From a bacterium (GTDB lineage: Bacteria > Electryoneota > Electryoneia > Electryoneales > Electryoneaceae): 64,000 nt of DNA. This document shows, one piece after another, positions 9,225 to 17,874 of this stretch. The DNA lies in NCBI GenBank assembly GCA_963675295.2, contig CAXXKJ010000002.1, forward strand, positions 4,160,001-4,224,000, written 5' to 3'. The notes below the pieces were generated by a model that was given only the letters and a program-made list of their open reading frames with translations, was not told the origin of the DNA and did no database searches. The first letter of the stretch is position 1. The number at the start of each line of letters is the position of its first letter. The position numbers were made by a program, and so were the translations under genes.

Positions 9225-12200
9225 ATTCCAGCAGTTGCACGTCACCCGGATCGAACGCTTCCGGGACCGGATCGGCAAGCTGATCATTCGCGACACACGC
9301 GAACTGACCGTCGATTGCGCGTTGACGGATGAAGAGCTGCCGTTCGAGAAACGCACCTCGCTCGACTACAAACCGTTGCGTGAGGGCGGCTCCTGGGGCA
9401 GCGAATACCAGATGGCGTGGCTGCACTTGAGCGGTACTGTTCCCTCGGAGTGGGCGGGCAAGACGGTTGTCGCCCAGCTGGATATCGGCGGCGAGGGGCT
9501 GGTCTATGACGACGCGGGCAAGATGCTGCAGAGCGTCAGCAGCGGGTCCATTTTCGATAAGGATTACGCCCGCGATATCGTGCTGCTGTTTGACGAAGCT
9601 CCCGATGGCGAAACGGTCGAGCTCTGGATTGACGCCTCCGCCAATGACCTGTTTGGCTTGATTACCGAGATGGACCCATCCGCGGAATCGCCGAAACGCT
9701 ACGGCGAGTGGAAAGCGGAGCTGAAACACGCCCGTCTCGCGTTGTTCGATACTGATCTCTGGCACCTGTGGATGGATTTGCGGATTGTGCTCGGCCTGAT
9801 CCGCACCTTGCCCGAGGATGGTGTCCGCCGTGCCCGGCTGATCCGTTGCGGCAGCGAGGCGGTGGATGTCTTCACCGAGAACCCGGCCAATGCATCCCTC
9901 TCTCGCGAAGTACTGGCACGCGAACTGAGCAAACCGGCCGCGGCGTCGGATTTGAACGCCGTCGCGATCGGACACGCGCACCTCGACACCGCGTGGCTGT
10001 GGCCGGTACGTGAGGGCAAACGCAAAGCCGAACGCACCTTCGCCAGCCAGTGCGACCTGATCGAACGCTATCCGGGCTATGTATTTGGCGCGTCTCAGCC
10101 GCATCAGTACGAGTATGTCCGTGACCGCAAGCCTGAATTGTGGGAACGGATCAAATGGCATGTGAACAACGGTGGCTGGGAACCGCTCGGCGGGATGTAC
10201 ACCGAGGCCGACTGCAACCTCGCGTCCGGGGAAGCGTTGGCGCGGCAACTGCTTTACGGCAAGCGCTTCTTCCTCGATGAGTTCGGTGTCGATGTCAGGC
10301 ACCTGTGGCTGCCGGACGTGTTCGGTTACTCCGCCGCGCTGCCGCAGTTGCTGAAGAAGGCCGGGATCGACTACTTCATCACGATCAAGATCTCGTGGAA
10401 CCAGTTCAACAAGTTCCCGCACCACACGTTTGTCTGGCGTGGCATCGACGGCAGCGAGGTACTCGCTCATTTCCCGCCCGAGGGCAACTACAACAGCATG
10501 CTGGACGCAGATTATCTAGTACCAGGCCGGGATGCATTCACCGAAAAAGACCGTGTCGATGTGTTCCTCAGCAGCTTCGGCGTCGGGGACGGCGGCGGCG
10601 GCCCGTTACCGGAAACCATCGAGTACGGCAAACGGCTGGCGAACACCGAGGGCGCGCCACGGGTGCGTTTTGGCCGCGTGGCGGACTTCTTCGACGAACT
10701 GGAAAGCTACCGTGACCAGCTCGACCGTTGGTCCGGAGAGCTGTACCTCGAGCTGCACCGCGGCACGTTGACCACGCAGGCGAAGGTCAAGCGCAGCAAC
10801 CGTAAGCTGGAATACCTGCTACAGGCGACGGAAATGCTGCACGCGTTTCTGCCGTTGGATGAGTACCCGGCGACTGAGCTGACGGCGGCGTGGAAAACAC
10901 TACTTATCAACCAGTTCCACGACATCCTGCCGGGGTCGAGTGTCACTGAAACGTATCGTGTCACGCTGGCGGAATATGACCGCATTGCACAAACCTGCGC
11001 CGAGCTGGAACAGGCAGCCGTAGAGAAGCTCGGCACGGCGGATGACAATGCCATCACCCTGTTCAATCCGCTCAGCAACGCGTTTTACGGCGATGTCGCA
11101 CTCCCGGATTCCTGTCCACGGAAGCAGCTGTTCAACCGGCAGGGTGATCCGTTACCGACGCAGCTCATCGGCGACCAGACCTGGATTTCGCTGGAACTCA
11201 AGCCGTCCTCGTTGGACACCATTCACAGCTCGGATCTGGAGATTCAACCCTCCGACCCGGTGGAGGGACGGATTCTCGAGAACGACCGGATCCGTTTCGA
11301 GTTCGACAAAGCCGGCCATCTGATCCACGCCATTGACGCGGACAGCGGCTGGGACGCCATCCCGGAAGGCGAACCCGGCAACCGCTTCCTGCTCTTCGCC
11401 GACCGTCCCAATGACTGGGACGCGTGGGACGTTGACCTGTTCTATGAGACCAACCTGCTTGGCGAAGCGGAGTGTGTTGGATATGAATCGCTGGGAGTGG
11501 GGTCGGTCGGGTCGGCGTTACGGTTCACATTCAAGAGGAACAAGTCGACGATCGTGCAGGATGTGATTCTCACGTGGTATTCCAACGAACTCCGCTTCAT
11601 TACGCGCGTTGACTGGCACGAAGATCACACGATGCTGCGTGTCAACTTCCCGGTCAATGTGCAGACGGACCGTGCCGCGTTCGACATTCAATACGGCCAC
11701 GTATTTCGTCCGACCCATCGTAACACGAGCTGGGATAAGGCCCGTTTCGAGAGCGCGGCGCACCGGTATGTCGATCTGTCCGAGCAGGATCGTGGCGTCG
11801 CGTTGCTCAACGATTGCAAGTACGGGCATGGTGTTCACGACAATGTCATCAGCCTCAATCTGCTGCGCTCGCCGACTTATCCTGACCCGGACGCCGACCG
11901 TGGGCAGCACGAATTCACCTTCTCACTGTACCCGCACGAGGGCGATCTGGTGCGTTCGGATGTCATCGAGCGTGCGGCAGCACTCAACCAGCCGCCGCTG
12001 GCCTGGCCGGGGATCAGGGTTGAATCGAAGGCGCTACCGTGTACGTTGACCGGTGATGGCTTGGCCCTGACCACAATCAAGCGCGGCGAGGACGGGGACG
12101 CGTGGATTGTACGGGTGGTGGAAACTCGCGGACGGCGTAGCAGCGGCACACTGCAGTGCGAGCTGCCCGGTGCGGAAATCGTTGAGTGTGATCTGATCGA

Positions 12201-12294
12201 GCGGCCGTTCGGTGATGAGGCGTCCGGTTCGATCGAGTTCGAGATGGGACCGTTCGAGATCCGGACCTTTGCGGTCCGAGTGAACCAAGTCTGA
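9214..12294 (+). CDS. GH38 alpha-mannosidase (cytoplasmic, Ams1/MngB-like)
   Basis: IGHAHLDTAWLWP, LWLPDVFGYS, GELYLELHRGT, NQFHDILPGS; no signal peptide. Confidence 0.95.
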   Translation: MPDKFQQLHVTRIERFRDRIGKLIIRDTRELTVDCALTDEELPFEKRTSLDYKPLREGGSWGSEYQMAWLHLSGTVPSEWAGKTVVAQLDIGGEGLVYDDAGKMLQSVSSGSIFDKDYARDIVLLFDEAPDGETVELWIDASANDLFGLITEMDPSAESPKRYGEWKAELKHARLALFDTDLWHLWMDLRIVLGLIRTLPEDGVRRARLIRCGSEAVDVFTENPANASLSREVLARELSKPAAASDLNAVAIGHAHLDTAWLWPVREGKRKAERTFASQCDLIERYPGYVFGASQPHQYEYVRDRKPELWERIKWHVNNGGWEPLGGMYTEADCNLASGEALARQLLYGKRFFLDEFGVDVRHLWLPDVFGYSAALPQLLKKAGIDYFITIKISWNQFNKFPHHTFVWRGIDGSEVLAHFPPEGNYNSMLDADYLVPGRDAFTEKDRVDVFLSSFGVGDGGGGPLPETIEYGKRLANTEGAPRVRFGRVADFFDELESYRDQLDRWSGELYLELHRGTLTTQAKVKRSNRKLEYLLQATEMLHAFLPLDEYPATELTAAWKTLLINQFHDILPGSSVTETYRVTLAEYDRIAQTCAELEQAAVEKLGTADDNAITLFNPLSNAFYGDVALPDSCPRKQLFNRQGDPLPTQLIGDQTWISLELKPSSLDTIHSSDLEIQPSDPVEGRILENDRIRFEFDKAGHLIHAIDADSGWDAIPEGEPGNRFLLFADRPNDWDAWDVDLFYETNLLGEAECVGYESLGVGSVGSALRFTFKRNKSTIVQDVILTWYSNELRFITRVDWHEDHTMLRVNFPVNVQTDRAAFDIQYGHVFRPTHRNTSWDKARFESAAHRYVDLSEQDRGVALLNDCKYGHGVHDNVISLNLLRSPTYPDPDADRGQHEFTFSLYPHEGDLVRSDVIERAAALNQPPLAWPGIRVESKALPCTLTGDGLALTTIKRGEDGDAWIVRVVETRGRRSSGTLQCELPGAEIVECDLIERPFGDEASGSIEFEMGPFEIRTFAVRVNQV

Positions 12295-12358
12295 GCGTAT
12301 GCCCCGACCGCAACAAAGCTGGGCGGGATCGGCCGTCGCTGGAAATCACCGGAGAATA

Positions 12359-12389
12359 ATCCCTGCTGGCAGAGCCATCAGGGGCACAT
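12359..12389. repeat. 31-bp intergenic hairpin repeat, copy 2
   Basis: ATCCCTGCTGGCAGAGCCATCAGGGGCACAT. Confidence 0.75.
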
Positions 12390-12418
12390 GATCGAGGTCA
12401 TGTCAGGGAGGAGATGAG

Positions 12419-13441
12419 ATGCGCTTCAGTATTGGTTTGACGTTGACCTGGCTGCTGGTTTTGACGGCGATTCCGTTGCTCGCCGGGGAACTGGTTGAAT
12501 CGACCACCGTCCCGGTGTTCGATCATCAGGTGCTTCATTTCAACCCTGATTCGACGGATCTGTACGTCGACGCACCGGTCGTCGCGCTGGACAACGGACG
12601 CGAGGCGGTATGTCCGGTGACCCTGCCCGACTACAACAAATCCACCCGGATCCTCGCGCACCTGACCCTCGATCCGATTCCGAAGGACATGCTGACGGTC
12701 CATGATCGCTGGGACCGCGCGGGGAACGTCCGTCTCACCAACCTCGACGGTCCGGATGTCGAGATCGCGCGCTTCATGACCAGTTACGGCGGCCACACCG
12801 AGCACACCCTCGATGTCACCCACCTCGCGCCGTTGCTCACCGGCGAACGGGACCTGGTCGCATTTGTCGATACCTGGGTCAGTCCCGGTTGGCAGGTGAC
12901 GTTCGATCTCGAATTCATGCCGGACACGTCCGCCTACGCACCCGACTGGGTGTTGCCGGTTTACTACACCACCGGGATGAACGCGCAGGACAATCCGGAC
13001 GGTGTCGACATTCCGGTTACCATTCCGCCGGGATTGGCACGGGTCGCGTTGGTCTACATCTCGACCGGTCACTGCACGGATGGCCGTGACGAGGACGAAT
13101 TCTACGCCAAGCCGAATGTGATCTCGGTGGATGGCATGGTGGTTGAACGGTTACACCCGTGGCGGGATGATTGCCGTGAGTACCGTGACCACAATCCGTA
13201 CACGGCGAAATGGACCGACGGCACGTGGTCCTCCGACTACAGCCGCAGCGGGTGGTGCCCGGGTGTGGAAGTTGACCCGACGGTCATCGACCTCACCGGC
13301 AATCTGTCGCCCGGCGAGCACACGATGCATATCGAGGTCGAGAACATGCGGCCCATTGACGAGGAAGAGCATTTCGGTTACTGGCGCATCTCCGCGCACC
13401 TGATCGGCTGGAAGGAGTACCCGCTGCTGTGGATCAACTGA
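12419..13441 (+). CDS. Peptide-N-glycosidase F-like protein
   Basis: Signal peptide; DRWDRAG, EIARFMTSYG, TGH...DEF, WRDDC...NP, SRSGWCPG motifs. Confidence 0.85.
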   Translation: MRFSIGLTLTWLLVLTAIPLLAGELVESTTVPVFDHQVLHFNPDSTDLYVDAPVVALDNGREAVCPVTLPDYNKSTRILAHLTLDPIPKDMLTVHDRWDRAGNVRLTNLDGPDVEIARFMTSYGGHTEHTLDVTHLAPLLTGERDLVAFVDTWVSPGWQVTFDLEFMPDTSAYAPDWVLPVYYTTGMNAQDNPDGVDIPVTIPPGLARVALVYISTGHCTDGRDEDEFYAKPNVISVDGMVVERLHPWRDDCREYRDHNPYTAKWTDGTWSSDYSRSGWCPGVEVDPTVIDLTGNLSPGEHTMHIEVENMRPIDEEEHFGYWRISAHLIGWKEYPLLWIN

Positions 13442-14937
13442 CTTTGCCACTGATCCCCCGGCCGGAAACGGTCACCTTCACCGGCGGTTCGCTCTCGCTG
13501 CCGCTGCGCATGTCGGTGTTCACGACAGACGAGGTCCGTTTCGAACGGATCTGGGCACCGTTGCGCCCGTTCGCGCATGCGTGGCTGCCGGGCCTGATGC
13601 TGCGGCCCGTCGTCAAACCGGACACCGCCGCAGTTCGGATCGGCGAAGCAACGGACGGGCTCGCCGAATCGTTCTCGCTGAATGTCCGCCACGACCGGGT
13701 AGACCTGCAACACTCTGGCGATGCCGGCCTGTTTTACGCGCTGCTCACGCTGCTGCAACTGCTGGCGACGGCGGAGCGGGACGGCGAGACCGTGCTCCTC
13801 CCCACGTTCGAACTGGGTGACCGTCCGCGCTTTCGCTGGCGCGGGATGCACCTCGATATCGCGCGCCATTTCTTCCCTGTCGAAGTGATCAAGCGCTACC
13901 TCGACGTGCTCGCGCTGCACCGCATCAACACCTTCCACTGGCACCTGACCGACGACCAGGGCTGGCGCATCGAGATCCGCCGTTACCCGAAACTGACCGA
14001 GGTTGGCGCCTGGCGAACGGAAGCCGACGGCACTCGAACCGGCGGGTTTTACACCCGTGCGGAAATCCGCGAGGTGGTTGAGTACGCCGCCGAACGGTTT
14101 ATCACGATCGTCCCCGAGATCGAGATGCCCGGCCATGCTCGTGCGGCGCTGGCAGCGTATCCGGAATTCTCGTGCACCGGCGAAGAGCAGCCGGTTCCAA
14201 GCACCTGGGGTGTGTTCGAGGATGTTTTCTGCGCGGGGAATCCGAAAACGCTGGAGTTCCTCGAGGATGTGCTGGAAACGGTGTTTGCCTTGTTTCCGGG
14301 ACCGTACGTGCACATCGGCGGCGACGAAGTCCCGGACACACGCTGGCGTCACTGCCCCACCTGCCGGATGACGCAGATGAAGGAGTTTCTGCAATCTCCG
14401 GCGCATCTGCAGAACTGGCTGCTGACGGAAGTGCTGGCCATCCTGCACCGGAACGACAAGCGGTTGGTCGGCTGGGACGAGATCGCTGATCTGCCGTTCT
14501 CGAACAACGCCGTGGTGATGGCGTGGCGGTCCAGCGATAACGCCCTCGCCGCCGCGATGAACGGGCACCAGGTAGTGATGAGCCCCACCGCGCACTGCTA
14601 CTTCGACTACGCACAGGCGAAAGATGGCGAGCCGGACGCGTTCCCGGCGGTGCTGACCCTCGACCAGGTGCTGGACTTCGATCCCGCGCCGTCGCGGTGG
14701 CCGGAGTTTGTCCAGTCACAGGTGCTCGGCGGACAGGGGAATTTGTGGACGGAACGGATCACCACCGAGCAGCACCTGCAGTACATGCTACTGCCCCGGC
14801 TGAGCGCGTTGGCGGAACGGTTGTGGTCAACGCGAACTGAAACTGTGGACAAGGCGGAGTTCCGGCAACGGCTCGCCTGTTTCCTGCCGCTGCTCGACAA
14901 GCTGGAAGTCCACTACCGCCATCCGTCACGCGGCTGA
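13429..14937 (+). CDS. GH20 beta-N-acetylhexosaminidase
   Basis: DRPRFRWRGMHLDIARHF, HWHLTDDQGWRIEI, PEIEMPGH, HIGGDE catalytic motif; no signal peptide. Confidence 0.95.
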   Translation: MDQLTLPLIPRPETVTFTGGSLSLPLRMSVFTTDEVRFERIWAPLRPFAHAWLPGLMLRPVVKPDTAAVRIGEATDGLAESFSLNVRHDRVDLQHSGDAGLFYALLTLLQLLATAERDGETVLLPTFELGDRPRFRWRGMHLDIARHFFPVEVIKRYLDVLALHRINTFHWHLTDDQGWRIEIRRYPKLTEVGAWRTEADGTRTGGFYTRAEIREVVEYAAERFITIVPEIEMPGHARAALAAYPEFSCTGEEQPVPSTWGVFEDVFCAGNPKTLEFLEDVLETVFALFPGPYVHIGGDEVPDTRWRHCPTCRMTQMKEFLQSPAHLQNWLLTEVLAILHRNDKRLVGWDEIADLPFSNNAVVMAWRSSDNALAAAMNGHQVVMSPTAHCYFDYAQAKDGEPDAFPAVLTLDQVLDFDPAPSRWPEFVQSQVLGGQGNLWTERITTEQHLQYMLLPRLSALAERLWSTRTETVDKAEFRQRLACFLPLLDKLEVHYRHPSRG

Positions 14938-15241
14938 ACCCGCTCGCCGGACCCTTCGGACGAACCGGGTCTAGCACAGACAAACCGTGGCCCCGCTCAA
15001 GAGAACGGGGGTACGTGCTTCACAAGCAAGACGCCAGCCGGTACCGCACCTCTACCACGCTTCGGTTTTAAACTGTCTCACCTGGCACGGCGGGCAGCAG
15101 GCCAGGATTCTTTGGCACAGTCTACTCCCCGAGCGAAGCTCTTGCGAATGGAATTAGGCAAGCCGAATCTTGTATCCAATGATAATCGAAAACTTACATT
15201 CCATTCTGAATTCCAACCTTCACCCGTGGAAGGAACGTGAG

Positions 15242-17863
15242 ATGGTCAAGCGCCTCATCGTCCCATTGTATCTGATTCTGGGCCTTCTGGTGCTGTCGTA
15301 TTCCCCCTCCTTCGCATTGGACACCGGCAAGATCGCGGGGGTTGTGGTGGACACTGCCGGGGAACCAATCCCCTCGGTCCACGTGGTGCTGGCCGGAACC
15401 GAATCCGGCGGCGCCAGCGACCTCGACGGCAACTACTACATCATTGGTATCACCCCGGGGCAATACGATCTCCAGTTCAGCGCACTGGGGTATCGCACAC
15501 AGATTGTCACCGGCGTGACCGTCCGCTCCAACTACACCACCCGTGTCAACGCCACGTTGGACGAAGAGTCGATCGAACTGGAACCGGTAACGGTGGTGTT
15601 CGAGAAGCCGCCGGTGGATCTGGAAGACACAGGGCAGCGGATCACGGTCGCCGGGGATTTTGTCCGCAGCATGCCGATGCAGAACACCGACGAGATTCTC
15701 GAGTTTCAGGCGGGAGTGAGCGCCAGCGCGGACGGCGAACTGCACATCCGTGGCGGGCGCAGCGGTGAGGTCGGGTACATTGTGGACGGTCTTCGGGTGG
15801 ATAATCCGTTGTACGGCACCGGCGCGACTGGCGCCAACCGTCACACCCTGCAGGAGCTGCAGCTCCTCTCCGGCACCTTCAACGCCGAGTATGGCCAGGC
15901 ACAGAGCGGGATTGTGCAGATCGTGACCCGCGAGGGCGACGAACGCTACCGGGTGCACGTTGATTATGAATCCCCACGGCTCAACGACAGCCCGTACCGG
16001 ACCAGCAACTGGGTACGCGCAGGCAGTGACGCGGTTGTTAATCCCACGACCGGTGAGTCGGCGTACGAATCGACAGACGTTTCCGACCTGCACGACCTCT
16101 GGGTGCCAGTGCAAGGCTTCCTCGGCGTGACACTCTCCGGCCCGGTCCCGATGGTCCCGCAGACAACGTTCTTTGTTAACGGTGTCCATGAAGCGGAAAA
16201 CAGCTACCTGCCGTTCGGCGATCGCTGGGCGCGTCAACTATCCGGCAAGGTGACTCACAAGCGTGGGTCCGGCAAATTGACCCTCAGCGGTGCGTACGCC
16301 TACGAAAATTCGCAGAGCTACAGCCACGCATGGAAGTATGTCCCGGACCACTATTACCGCCGGTTCAACACCACGCAACGGCTGTCTGCCAGCTACTCGT
16401 ACAATGTGTCGCAGTCGCTGGTGCTGGAGGTGTTGAGCGGGTACAGCCGATTGGATCAGGACCGCAAGATTTTTGAGGATTGGGCGGACTACCTCGCCAG
16501 CGACTACTCCCCGGCCGATTTCACCTACGCGCAATATTTTTACGATCAGGAGGACTGGTCGGACATCTGGCGCGAAAGTTCGTCGACCACGTTCACCAAC
16601 TGGATCAAGGCGTCCTGGCAGCGGAATCCGGTGCATTTGTGGACCGCTGGTGTCGAGGCGAACGCGAAGCAGCTCGATCTGGAAGATATTCGTGACCTGC
16701 GCATCGGGACGAACGGCGAACGTGAAGGCGTTGTGGACCAGTTCGACCAGAGTCCAGTGGAATACGCCGCCTTCGTGCAGGACAAGATCGAGCTGGGCTA
16801 CCTCGTCGTAAATGCAGGATTGCGGTTTGACTACGTCGACCCAAAGGCTGAGGGCTGGGCTGACCCGGAAACGCCGAAGCGTAGGCTGAAGGAAGTGGAC
16901 CCGTCGTATCAGTTGAGCCCGCGTCTCGGCCTCGCGCACCCGATCAGCCCGGAATGGACGCTGCACTTCGCGTACGGCCACTTCTTCCAGTTCCCGGACT
17001 ATGTCAACCTGTACATGAACGCCGCCGACCTCAATCCGGATACGTTGGCGAACCGATCATTCGATGTCATCGGCAACCCCGCATTGAAGCCGGAGCGCAC
17101 GGTTTCCTACGAAGTCGGCCTCAAGGGCATCATCGCGGAAAACTGGGGTTGCAGCTTCACCGCGTTCTACAAGGACATCACCGATCTCGTCGGCACCCGG
17201 CAGGTTCGCTACGGCGCGTCGTACAACTACGCCCCGTTCGTGAACATTGATTACGCGAACGTGAAGGGCTTCGAGGTCAACCTCAGCCGCAGCCTTGAGC
17301 GGTTCTGGAGCCTGCAGGCGAACTACACCTTCAGCATCGCACGCGGGAACTCGTCCGAACCAACCACCGGCTACTATGACGCCTACACCGGCACTCCGGA
17401 AGCACGGCAGGAGTATCCGATGGATTTCGACCGGCGGCATGTGGCGAATGTGATGCTTGCGTGGAACGCCGGCTTCGAGGATTATCCGCGTGTATTCGGC
17501 AGCTCCATCCTCAGCGGTGCGGGGGTCGGGTTGATCGGGCAGTACGCCAGCGGGTTGCCGTATACGCCCTACTCGGCGGCCGGCGAGCAATTGTCGCTGC
17601 GCAACTCGGAACGGATGGCGTACACGATGACGGTCGACCTGCGCCTGAGCAAACGGCTTCGCTGGAGTGGGGTGGATTTGACCGTCTACAGCACCATTTC
17701 CAACCTGTTCGACCGGGACAATCCGTTGTTCGTCGATTCACGCACGGGTGAACCGTGGGAGAGCACATTGGTCAGCAACAACATCGCCTTCGATCAGCTG
17801 CACGACCCGAGTCGTGTCGGTCCGCCACGGATGATCAAGGTCGGTGTGGAGGTTTCCTTTTGA
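15242..17863 (+). CDS. TonB-dependent receptor (CarboxypepD_reg + plug + barrel)
   Basis: Signal peptide; LHIRGGRSGEV.Y.VDG, SGTFNAEYG, GNP.LKPERT..YE, C-terminal VEVSF. Confidence 0.92.
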   Translation: MVKRLIVPLYLILGLLVLSYSPSFALDTGKIAGVVVDTAGEPIPSVHVVLAGTESGGASDLDGNYYIIGITPGQYDLQFSALGYRTQIVTGVTVRSNYTTRVNATLDEESIELEPVTVVFEKPPVDLEDTGQRITVAGDFVRSMPMQNTDEILEFQAGVSASADGELHIRGGRSGEVGYIVDGLRVDNPLYGTGATGANRHTLQELQLLSGTFNAEYGQAQSGIVQIVTREGDERYRVHVDYESPRLNDSPYRTSNWVRAGSDAVVNPTTGESAYESTDVSDLHDLWVPVQGFLGVTLSGPVPMVPQTTFFVNGVHEAENSYLPFGDRWARQLSGKVTHKRGSGKLTLSGAYAYENSQSYSHAWKYVPDHYYRRFNTTQRLSASYSYNVSQSLVLEVLSGYSRLDQDRKIFEDWADYLASDYSPADFTYAQYFYDQEDWSDIWRESSSTTFTNWIKASWQRNPVHLWTAGVEANAKQLDLEDIRDLRIGTNGEREGVVDQFDQSPVEYAAFVQDKIELGYLVVNAGLRFDYVDPKAEGWADPETPKRRLKEVDPSYQLSPRLGLAHPISPEWTLHFAYGHFFQFPDYVNLYMNAADLNPDTLANRSFDVIGNPALKPERTVSYEVGLKGIIAENWGCSFTAFYKDITDLVGTRQVRYGASYNYAPFVNIDYANVKGFEVNLSRSLERFWSLQANYTFSIARGNSSEPTTGYYDAYTGTPEARQEYPMDFDRRHVANVMLAWNAGFEDYPRVFGSSILSGAGVGLIGQYASGLPYTPYSAAGEQLSLRNSERMAYTMTVDLRLSKRLRWSGVDLTVYSTISNLFDRDNPLFVDSRTGEPWESTLVSNNIAFDQLHDPSRVGPPRMIKVGVEVSF

Positions 17864-17874
17864 ACCGGAATCAG

